NCBI GenBank assembly: GCA_964234715.1
Contig: OZ174281.1
Length of the DNA: 64,000 bases
Direction: 5' to 3' (one strand)
DNA from: Podarcis melisellensis
Lineage: Eukaryota
The position numbers and the translations under genes were made by a program. This document shows positions 13,925-24,376 of this stretch, in pieces. Positions within the stretch are counted from its first letter, which is position 1. Every line of letters starts with the position of its first letter. Under the pieces are notes generated by a model that was not told the origin of the DNA, did no database searches, and saw only the letters and a list, made by a program, of their open reading frames with translations.

Positions 13925-16532
13925 GGTGAAAATAAGAAGAGGTGTTGATGAGTCAGGATTTTAGGGTAAGGCTTGTAGGAATAAACTACCTTTTGGTACT
14001 TATTTTTAAAGTAAGACATTCAGTGTGGTGAGTATGGAGATGGTATGGAGTATAGAGGGCTAGCTAAGAGGCATCCCATCCCAACCTTCCTAATTTATTT
14101 ATCTATATTTTTCAGTAGACTTGTATCTATTAAATCACACACACAAAAACCTGATCCATGCATTTATTTATTTGCTGCCACCACCACAAATGACTAGATT
14201 GTCAGTGGACTCTGACTTTTAGACTAATGGCTGGTGGTTTCCTCAGTCTATCTGTGAAAGCCATCATTTCTTTAGTAGGTGCATTTTGTATTTGGAAAGC
14301 TGAACTGAAAACTTTGAGTTTATGTGGGAAATACAGAAGGCTACATGAAAGGCAGTGTGACCTTCCGCAAACAGAGTGCCCTGTGTTTATATAAAATAAA
14401 GAACAAAGTTTTTATTATTACTGAACCACGGACTGTTACTTACTAACAATCTCTGAAGTCCTAATGAAACCATAGCCTTTTCAGGAACTGTGACCCTAAA
14501 CACCCCTCAGTAGAATGCAACGACAATTTTAGCTGTCTGCCATACTATTTATGCTGCTTACAGGACAATCTTTAAGGAGGTTCTTGCCTCTTAGTGCTGC
14601 AATATGTGATCTTGTGTTTTTGTTCAGGTGACTTTTTTTTACTTCTGCTTATCCCTTCCTCACAACTACTTGGAACAGAATTTTGTTTTTCGTATGCAGA
14701 ATAGGCATCAAGGCAAATTGAAGATTTGAAAAGCAACACTTTAAAACAAGAACAACAACAGAATATACCTGATAGCACTTTTTTAGCACTATGCAGTAAC
14801 TGTCTGGAATCGTCTTCGACTCTTTTGTATGTCTGTCTTTTCTGTGCTGAACATTTCCATTACAATGCATCTCTACTCTGTGGGGAAGCATTGTAGCAGT
14901 GGACTTTTCCAGTGCTGCTTGGACATAGTGTGCAGCTAACAATCGGATTAAATATAGATTCTGTTGTTCTTGTTGTTGCTGGAAGATAAAGGTCATTGTG
15001 AACATTTCCTTTCCTCTTTGATTTCATAGTTAAACCTTTTTGTGGGGATGATTAAGTGTGTGCTGTTGAATGCATTACTTGATTAGGTAGTTTGTTAAAC
15101 CATCACATAAGGGAGTTATCCTACATTTCTCTAATTTCTATCATAGCTTTGAAGTCTTTGCCACTTACTTTGCTCTTGCTTTTTTAATTGAGGCCAAGAA
15201 TATGAGACTTGAGGATTTGAGAGTGCAAATCACTGGAGGCGTCTGAGGGCAACTTGTTAAATTTTTATCACTTTAGAGCTGGATTGAAGGCTGCACTCCA
15301 GCACTTTATTTGTATGTAAAGTCCTCTAGGCCAGACATCTTGCAGCATGTACATAAATAAATGTTTTAATTGATTTTTTTAAATAAAAAAATTGAACATC
15401 TATCTCAGTTTCTGTAGATATGGTTGATGTTTGAGATATGGTAGATAAATTCATTAAATCCCATGGTTGACTTTGCTTCCCTCATCATCTCTGTGTTTTT
15501 CCTATTTTCCCCATTTCCCACCATTATTAAATTGTTTTGTGCAGTATTAAGAGAGAGGTTGAAGTATTAAGGTTTCTGATTTCAATTGAATAAATATCAA
15601 TGCTACTAGTACTTCAATATTTGTATGGATCATTGATATATGAAATATTGGGAAATTAAATTTAATTGGTAAATTAAAAAAGTAGTAAAATTAAAAGGTA
15701 GGTGTCAAATAGATATGATGCAGATGTAGCGTAGCATTGTTGCCATTTTAGCAATGAGAACCTGAATGAATCTACCTGGCTGTGCTGTACTGTTCAATGC
15801 AAAGGGATCAGTGCACAAGTTGATAGACTGGAAGTCTGAGAAATGCATTTTCTTTGCATGGTGTTTTTTTTTGGTAAGACTTGAAAATAAGCATCTAATT
15901 CTACTTTAGCAAGTTCAGAAATTGTTATATAGAACTTATGCACCTTGCACTGCTCTCTTTCTCTAAGCCACCAGCATTATATATGTGTGGAATTTCTGTT
16001 TCCCCCATTCATCCTGTTGTAATTTACTCTTCTGATTCCCTCCCTCAACAGTAGATGACCTATAGTATTATATCCTGTGGTTGCCTGGCAACCTCAGAGT
16101 ATGCACTTATGACCATAGACTTACAAGAGTAGACTGACACACAGTGCCCAGATTCAGAGTTGACTTGGAATTTTAATTTGATGCATGTATCTTCTTTTGC
16201 CTTTTGAAAAGCAAATCTATGGAGGCAAAGGCTTCTGTGTTGTACGTTCAGTTGAGTGCTAGATTTGGGGTGGGAAGAATTCTGAAGCGTCAATTTAAAT
16301 ATAATTACTTTTACAGCAGCCTTTCAGTCAGAGTTCTGGTTTGCTAGCCAAAACAGAAAGTGTTCCTATACAGGTGAGGGTCAGTGTACTATATTCTACT
16401 ACAGTGTTTATAACCTTTGAGGGTCACACTGCATTTTTATAAAAGAGAAATTCAGGTGGGTGGATTGCAGAAATGATTGCAGTAGTACAGATGAAAGTGT
16501 TTTATTTTTGCTTTAACCCACCACTACCTCAT

Positions 16533-16885
16533 GGGATGTGGGTGGCGCTGGGGTTTAAATCACAGAGCCTAGGACTTGCCGATCAGAAGGTCAGCGGTTC
16601 GAATCCCTGCGATGGGGCGAGCTCGCGTTGCTTGGTCCCTGCTCCTGCCAACCTAGCAGTTCAAAAGAACGTCAAAGTGCAAATAGATAAATGGGTACCA
16701 TTCCGACAGGAAGGTAAACAGCGTTTTTGTGCGCTGCTCTGGTTTGCCAGAAGCGGCTTAGTCATGCTGGCCACATGACCCGGAAGCTGTATGCCGGCTC
16801 CCTCGGCCAATAAAGCGAGATGAGCGCCGCAACCCCAAAGTCGGCCACGACTGGACCTAATGGTCAGGGGTTCCTTTACCTTTAC
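16533..16885 (+). mobile_element. Sauria SINE (full length), abutting the assembly gap
   Basis: GGGATGTGGGTGGCGCTG...GGTTCGAATCC...CCTTTACCTTTA. Confidence 0.9.
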
Positions 16886-16888
16886 CAC

Positions 16889-17064
16889 NNNNNNNNNNNN
16901 NNNNNNNNNNNNNNNNNNNNNNNNNNNNNNNNNNNNNNNNNNNNNNNNNNNNNNNNNNNNNNNNNNNNNNNNNNNNNNNNNNNNNNNNNNNNNNNNNNNN
17001 NNNNNNNNNNNNNNNNNNNNNNNNNNNNNNNNNNNNNNNNNNNNNNNNNNNNNNNNNNNNNNNN
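16889..17064. other. Assembly gap (176 N)
   Basis: Run of N. Confidence 0.99.
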
Positions 17065-18061
17065 GGCTGGATAATAACAATGGATAACATTTCAGGGTTG
17101 CCGTAAAGCAGCTTGCTCTTAGCCACACCTCTTGCCGCCCTGCAGTATGGCCACAATAGTGATTGGCTACTGTAAAGGGAGCTTAAGGATGCAAAAATAT
17201 TATTTGCATGCTTAATTTTGCTGACAACCTATCAGCTGGCTGTCGCTTTGTTTATTGATGACTGGTCAGGTATAGTTGTTAGACTGTTGGACCAGGACTG
17301 TTGAGACCCAGCTTCAGAATGCTGCACTGAGCCCCTTGGTGAAAAGCTGGAATATAAGTGTAATAAATACTGATTTTACAGTCATAAATTTTAAAATTGA
17401 TCTGATAATTTTCTGAAAGTATGTATTTTTGATAACTGGCATTTCTATTTTATTTTTCCTTGTGCCATCTCCATCATTCCTTTTAAATCATATGAGTAGG
17501 TTATGGGCCTGCATGTAGGTCCACTTCTGTCCATTATTATTTTTTACTGAACATCATCTAGGTTTTTAGGCACTTCTAAATATTGTACATTTGTTTTCCT
17601 TCTGTTTTGAAATAAACCATGCAAAGTCATCTGCATTTAATTCATGGGTCCTTTTTTTTAAAGGAGGAAAAAGGTAATTTCTGTATGTGGCTTTCATCTT
17701 CTGGAAGAACATCAACATTTAGTTTAAAAGAGAATTAACTTACCAATTTTGAGGGAGATTTTTGTCTGGTAGACAGAGCTAGCCAAGCTGAACACTTGCA
17801 TGGACATCTGTTTGCAATCTTGTGCTTGTGAAAAGTGCCTTAGGGATATTCACTGATAACAAGCAGTTAATGGCAGGGTGCTATGTTTCATCCTGATTAT
17901 TGGTTTTTGGCACCATGCTAGGGGGCATTAGTTGGTTGCTGATGTTTACAGGCAAGAATACCATCTACTAGATAACACTTTGTAAATGCTGCTAAGATCT
18001 GACCATGGTTGATGTGACACTACAACTCAGAATACAACAGTCAGGAAAGCCATAATACTAA

Positions 18062-18329
18062 TAAAGGTAAAGGTAAAGGGACCCTTGACCATTAGGTCCA
18101 GTTGTGACCGACTCTGGGGTTGCGGCGCTCATCTTGCTTTATTGGCCGAGGGAGCCGGCATCCAGCTTCCAGGTCATGTGGCCAGCATGACTAAGCCGCT
18201 TCTGGTGAACCAGAGCAGCGCACGAACCCCTGTTTACCTTCCCACCGGAGCAGTACCTATTTATCTACTTGCGCTTTGACATGCTTTTGAACTGTTAGGT
18301 TGGCAGGAGCAGGGACCGAGCAACGGGAG
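18062..18329 (-). mobile_element. Sauria SINE (5'-truncated)
   Basis: AAAGGTAAAGGTAAAGGGACCC tail and body homologous to the other copies; head missing. Confidence 0.88.
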
Positions 18330-21300
18330 TAGCTCTCTTTTAAAAACCACCACCACCAACAACAACACCACACAAACCTTTGATAGTTTTATGGTGTGCA
18401 TTACAAATCTAGACTTTCCATTATTTTATTATTCAATTTGCTGCTTTTTAGAGCATAAATTGTATTTATTTTTAAAAAGGTTTTCTATGCATTGCATGTA
18501 CATTATCTAGTTGTATAGACTTTAAACTTGCTCTTATCTGAGGCCCTTTTTTGTGTGCCCCCTCCATGAGAAGTCTGGCAGGTAGCAACGTGAGAATGGG
18601 CGTTTTCTGCAGTGGCTTCCCATTTGTGGAATGCTCTCCCCAGGGAGGCTCAACCTAAAACATGTTGCTTTAAAAAAAAGGAGGAGGAGGAGAAGGAGAA
18701 GAAGGCATCACCATGCCCCAGGAAAGTGTTGCAGCTATTTGAAAATGATCCAAAATGACTTCTGATGATAATTGCAAAGGTTACCATCAGTTTGGCTCTT
18801 TTTTTTTTGAAGTGTTGCAAGATTCATTAAATGATATTCATTGCAGCATCCTAGACCAGGACAGTCACCACAGTTGTCATTTGAGCTCAGGTGAACCTTT
18901 GTGTGGCTAGGGCAGCCACTAGGCAAGAAGTTGCCTGGATTTCCCATGGCTGCTTCAGAGGCTCCTTCTGCGGGCAAGCAGGAGAATACGGAGTATGGCT
19001 GCCTGTGGAATAAGATGACTGTTTTGGTGTCTGTTCCCAGTCTGATTAGCACAGAATTGCCTATAAGAGAACCGCAAGGGGTTGTGGTTATTCTGGATGT
19101 CAACCATTTTTGGCAGGGAACCTGAAATGTTGCGGTAAACTGTAGCTTTTCTCTAGCACTCTGCTGGCTTTTTGTTCGTTTTATATTATTGTTCCAGCAA
19201 GAATAGGTGTGGAAATATTAGTACACACTGTTAAAATGTCTCTATCTGACAAAACATGCATATCTGAATTAAATTTGTGATATCCAACAGCAAATTGTGA
19301 ACTTTTCTTCCCCTTTGAAAGTTCTCTTATCCTTTTACGCTTACTAAGAAATAGGTTTCATTAAAGACACTGGGGCTTGCTTCTGAGTAAACTTGTGAAC
19401 TACTGCTAGTAAATGGACTAAAACAGGTATGTTTACATGATTTTTAATCCAACATATCAGCAGTGATGCAGTGACTATTTAGTTCACTGCTGACCTCTCT
19501 TTATTCTCCATTTTAAGCCAGCTTCACACAGCAACTGAGGGAAAAGATTCCTGTGGGAGAAAATGGAATTTATGATCATAATACCATAAACTTAGGTGCA
19601 GGGAATCTGCCAGATGCACCTGCTACAAGTCTTAATTGTGTGTAATTAAAAATAAATCAGATTGAATATGTTGTTCTTTTTAAAAAAAGAAATAGTGGTG
19701 AAAAGGTAAAGTTTTCTGCCCTTTTCTAAGGAAGCCTCTTAATTTATACTTTTGTCTGATTTCCTGCAACCATCACAAGGCTCTGTTATAGAAGCTTTTG
19801 CTCTGATGGGTTTTGTGAGTCCTCAAATTTCTGCTCTTAGAGATTTAATGAGGGAGAGGTGGGTGGATGCTATACCATCTGTTAATGATTCTGCCTGGTG
19901 AACATATTTTACCTCGGGGCCTGGTTACTGACAAGAGGCCAGAACCCAGAATGGCTCTGTAAAGTAATCAGTTGTCTACTGTCTACCTCAATTCTGCTGG
20001 GCATATTCAGTAACTGTGAGCTTGTGAGACACCAGCTGTTGTCATCCACTTTTAAAGGGTTTATGAGGTCCCCCTATTAAAACAGTTGCAAAATGCTTCT
20101 CAAGTTTCATTTGAGAACCCAATTTGTCTTTGAAAGTCCAAAATACAGAGCATAGTAATTTAGTCATTTACCTGTGCTAAGAATGGATCATGGTTTGTGA
20201 CCTGTGAGGATTTGACTTGTGCATTGTGCTGCACAGAACAAACATGATTAATCTGCTTGCCATGATTCAGTTAAACAGTGCTGGTGTCACGAAAAGAGAG
20301 AAAATGAAGGCGAGGCTCTCTGCTGTTATCGGGATTCGCCTCATACGTAGTCTTTAATAAAAACTGGGCACCAATTTTTATTTTTTCCTCTCTTCTCCAA
20401 GCAGAAATTGCACAGAACCTGTTTTTCATGTCTCCAGTCCTAATACAGTATTCCTTTTGTGGATCACAGTCAGTAAGTATATGTCTGTGGTTTTGAAGAT
20501 GTGCTGAACTTTTAACAGTGAATTAAGTATTTAACCATTCACTGTTAAATACTTCATTCTGGTGATCCACAAGTTAGAATCATGAGTAGCTTAACTTTTC
20601 AAGTGTCATTATGCATTTCCTTCTAAAGCATTAATCTTTCATTAATGGATAGGCAAACTGTGGTGAAAGGATGATGGACTTTTTCAGTCAGGATGAAGTA
20701 GGAAAAACACAGTGGTAGGCTTAATCACATTTGAAAATGTGAAATGGAATTCCTGCTGTATTTTTTTTTTTAAGGATCAGTATGGGATAACTCGGTAGCA
20801 AAATCTAGAAGTGTGTAAAATTCAGACACTCTGGGATGGTTTCAGACTGTCGAAAAAGGTTTAAAAGGGGCGAAGGCAGTAAAGATGACCTTTTGCTCCA
20901 AAGGCAAAGCTCAACATGGGAGACTACCTTTTTGTGCAAATTGTGGGTAAGAAGCCGAGGCTGTAAAAGCTTGCCTTTTGCAAGATCAGCTAGCTTTGGC
21001 AGCACTGTGGATACGAGGGAAATGCGATGAAGTGATGTAAAGAATGGCAAGAGAGAGGCCAGCTGCAGGGTGCTTTAGTAATGGTGGCTTAGAAGGCAGA
21101 GATACCTTCACAGAGGAAGGAGGAGAGATCAAGGAATGCAGGGAATAACTGTAGCATTGCTCAGACTGTAGTTTCACAATCTGTTTTGAGACAGGATGGC
21201 TGCAATTCAGAATAGCAGTAGACCTGTAACCTTACTACCTTAGTTAGGTTTAGTGCTGGAATACAAGGTTGTGGGGGCATGGAATTGGGGCATGAATTGA

Positions 21301-21413
21301 GGGACCCTCAATACTTTTGTAATACCCACCCTTCTCAAAAGTGAGATTTTATTCCAGGTGGGCCTTCGATAGCTCCAGAGAACAGAAATGTGTTTGCATT
21401 ATGAACAGCTTTA

Positions 21414-21655
21414 CAGTGGTACCTCGGGTTACATATGCTTCAGGTTACATACGCTTCAGGTTACACACTCCACTAAGCCAGAAATAGTGCTTCAGGTTAA
21501 GAACTTTGCTTCAGGATAAGAACAGAAATCATGCTCCAGCGGTGCAGCGGCAGCAGGAGGCCCCATTAGCTAAAGTGGTGCTTCAGGTTAAGAACAGTTT
21601 CAGGTTAAGTACAGACCTCCGGAACGAATTAAGTACTTAACCCGAGGTACCACTG
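21414..21655. mobile_element. Tc1/mariner (Tigger-like) MITE, family B
   Basis: TA|CAGTGGTACCTCGGGTTA ... TAACCCGAGGTACCACTG|TA; internal (GC)TTCAGGTTA repeats. Confidence 0.88.
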
Positions 21656-21819
21656 TACTGCCATTAACTCTCTTTTTTGAATGGGACATGTTCATAGTTT
21701 TGCAGAGAACAAGTGCTTCAGATTATTAAGTTAGTGTTTTCCTGACATGCTTCTATACATATCCTCCGACAGGCACAACTTAACTTTCAACCCTCAAAAG
21801 AATTCCCAAGTCATCCTTT

Positions 21820-21950
21820 CTCAACCTTGGGTGCCCATATGTTGTTAAACTACAACTCCTATCATGCTTGATCACTAGTTCTGCCAGCCAGGGATTATGG
21901 GGGTTGTAGTCCAACAGCATCTGGGGACCCAATGTTGAGAAAGGCTCTGC
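21820..21950. mobile_element. Old short hAT-like repeat (ACTACAACTC...GGGGTTGTAGTCC family); similar relics near 4090, 12420, 26980, 30690, 33625, 38450, 38620, 40450, 53140, 56520, 59990
   Basis: Recurrent degenerate palindromic motif of about 120 bp. Confidence 0.55.
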
Positions 21951-22742
21951 TAAGGTGTTTAGAACCATAAACATGTATCTTAATACAATACAAAATTCTT
22001 ATAGTCACTCAAAATATAACTTCAAAACAAATATTAACAAATGATTAAAAGCTTGGTGAAATAATAATGTATTAGTCAACTCGAACCTATCTCACATAAA
22101 TTTTGTGAGGCTAGAGCAGTGTTTCCCAACCGGTGTTCCGCGGCACACTAGTGTGCCGCGGAGCCTTGCCTGGTGTGCCGTGGGAGGGAGGCGGGCGAGA
22201 GGCGGGGCGGCAGCGGCGAGGATCCGCGTCGAGCCGGGGGCGGCTCCGCGGTGGCGGTGCCGAGGTTTCTCTCTCCATTCTCCCCTCACACACACACACA
22301 GGAAATAACACAGGATCAGCTGACAGGACCCGGCCAATGGGGCGGCGGCGGGGCAGCGCGCGCAAAAGGGAGGAGCGCGAGACAGCGGACGAGGAGGAGG
22401 CCGGCATGTCCGGGCAGCAGCATGGAGCCTTGCATGTCCTTTCAGCCCCGCACCCACCGCAGACCCCTTCCTATGCCACTGGTAGCTAGGCGAGGCGGGG
22501 GGCACTGGGCGCCACACCTCGGCGCCTGCAGCGTGCCTGAGCCATGCGTCTGCGGGCGAACTGCCTGCAAGCTCCGCTCTGGCCTCTGCCCACCGCCTCA
22601 GCCTCCCTACAGCTGAGGGGGAGGCTGCAGCGAGGCTCCACGCAGCGTGCCCTGCCATGGCTCGCCCCCATGGCACTCGCCCCTGGCTGCAGGACGCGCG
22701 CGCCGCCCCGGGCCCCTGAGCGGCTAGCTGCGCCGCTGCGCT

Positions 22743-22832
22743 GAGCGCAAGGAATACGTCCTCTCCGAGTTCGGCGTCGTCTTCGTGGGCAGCGCAAACC
22801 GCATCTCCAGCTTCGGGTGGAACTTTGGCCAG
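22743..22832 (+). pseudogene. Captured transglutaminase (TGM3/TGM2-family) exon fragment with native splice donor
   Basis: Translates ERKEYVLSEFGVVFVGSANRISSFGWNFGQ|gtaggg, matching the transglutaminase core-domain motif ER.EYV....G.I..GS...I....WNFGQ, which ends at an exon junction. In-frame stop upstream at 22725; no in-frame ATG. Confidence 0.88.
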
Positions 22833-23205
22833 GTAGGGGGAAGCCTTTGGGCGGGGGGGGGTGGAGACCGGGGTGGGGAGGGGTTAGGAGAGACGCTACC
22901 GGCGCTGTCCAGAAATGCCCAGAGCAACTGGAGCTCAGCTACGCGCACACATGCGCCCTCCAAATCCCGTTTCCCACCCCTTTCTCAAAAGAAGAGAGAA
23001 AAAATGGGTCCTGGGTGTGAAACCAAAGGACCTTTCCAGCTCCTCCTCAATTCTAGGTGTGGATGGCAATGCCTCGTGTCTCCTCCCCCGCGACCAGAGC
23101 ACACTTCCTAGGCTGGTTGGACGGTCCCTGGGGGTCTTCGGGTTGCCATATTTTGAAGAGCAAAAAACAGGACACATTTGTCGACTTCTGCTTTTAGCTA
23201 TGGAT

Positions 23206-23353
23206 CAGTGGCCTAGCGTGGGGGGTGCAGGGGGGGCCCGGCCACACCGGGCGCAACATCTGGGGGTTAGTGTTAGGGGGCGCAAATCCACGGGTTAGGG
23301 GGCGCAAATTACTTGCATTGCCCCGGGTGCTGACAACCCACGCTACGCCACTG
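23206..23353. mobile_element. Small TIR element nested in, or captured by, the Pack-hAT
   Basis: Ends CAGTGGCCTAGCGTGGG / CCCACGCTACGCCACTG (16/17 inverted match); internal direct repeat GTTAGGGGGCGCAAAT x2; no TSD seen. Confidence 0.65.
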
Positions 23354-24011
23354 CGGCCCTGAACGAGCAGGAGAAGGAGCTCAAGTGACGCTGCGCGCTG
23401 ACGTCACGGGGCTGTAATGGTGGTGTGCCTCGATATTTTTTTCATCAAACAAGTGTGCCTTTGCCCAAAAAAGGTTGGGAAACACTGGGCTAGAGTGCAA
23501 GAGTACCATGTGTGCCCCCTTGGATTCCTCTGGGGGAAAGCCTGGGATGCCAAAGTGATAAGTGAGTTTTCTGAGCAGGCATTAATATTACGTCGCAAGC
23601 TTTTGTTTTTTTTATTTTAAATCAATTGAGTGATTGTTGCTTACCATAAAATACAATAACTGGTGGAATGTGGTAATGATGCTTAACATATAGTGTGTGT
23701 CGAATGGATAGAGCATGTCACAAATAATTTTGGTAATCCTTACAACTGTTCTGTAACATAGCTTAATATTATCCCCATCTTGCAGTGGGAGTGAGGTACT
23801 GAGGCTTGGAGAATAGTCGCTTGTCTAAGGGCCACCTAGGGAGTGTTGGGGAACATGGAGGGTAACTGGATGGAGTGAAGGAAGGAGAAGCAGCAAGAAT
23901 GGAATCCATATGAGTAACTTCATGTGGTGCTCTGGATTAGGAAAATTGATCAATGCTTCTCTGAAGTCTGCTCATAAAGGAAAAAGAAATGATTGCAGCC
24001 ACAGAGGAGTA

Positions 24012-24376
24012 AAGGTAAAGGTAAAGGTACCCCTGCCCGTACGGGCCAGTCTTGACAGACTCTGGGGTTGTGCGCCCATCTCACTTAAGAGGCCAGGGGC
24101 CAGCGCTGTCCGGAGACACTTCCGGGTCACGTGGCCAGCGTGACAAAGCTGCATCTGGCGAGCCAGAGCCGCACACGGAAACGCCGTTTACCTTCCCGCT
24201 GGTAAGCGGTCCCTATTTATCTACTTGCACCCGGAGGTGCTTTCGAACTGCTAGGTTGGCAGGCGCTGGGACCGAGCAGCGGGAGCGCACCCCGCCGCAG
24301 GGATTCGAACCGCCGACCTTTCAATCGGCAAGTCCTAGGCGCTGAGGCTTTAACCCACAGCGCCACCTGCGTCCCC
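24012..24376 (-). mobile_element. Sauria SINE, young subfamily
   Basis: CpG-rich, TSD CCACAGAGGAGTA; same subfamily as 42809-43164. Confidence 0.92.

Larger units (their letters stand above)
22117..23487. mobile_element. Non-autonomous hAT (Charlie-like) DNA transposon carrying captured host sequence (Pack-TIR)
   Basis: Perfect 15-bp TIRs CAGTGTTTCCCAACC / GGTTGGGAAACACTG; perfect 8-bp TSD GGCTAGAG (22109-22116, 23488-23495); GC/CpG-rich mosaic interior; no transposase ORF. Confidence 0.93.

Noticed and set aside
16661-17156. ORFs spanning the N run
   Set aside because: Artefacts of the assembly gap.
22092-23298. Many overlapping ORFs of up to 194 aa
   Set aside because: Stop-poor GC-rich sequence; only the transglutaminase segment is recognisable.
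22117-23420. CpG island as the native PTK2 promoter/first exon
   Set aside because: It is bounded exactly by TIRs and an 8-bp TSD and contains foreign gene sequence, so it is transposon cargo.
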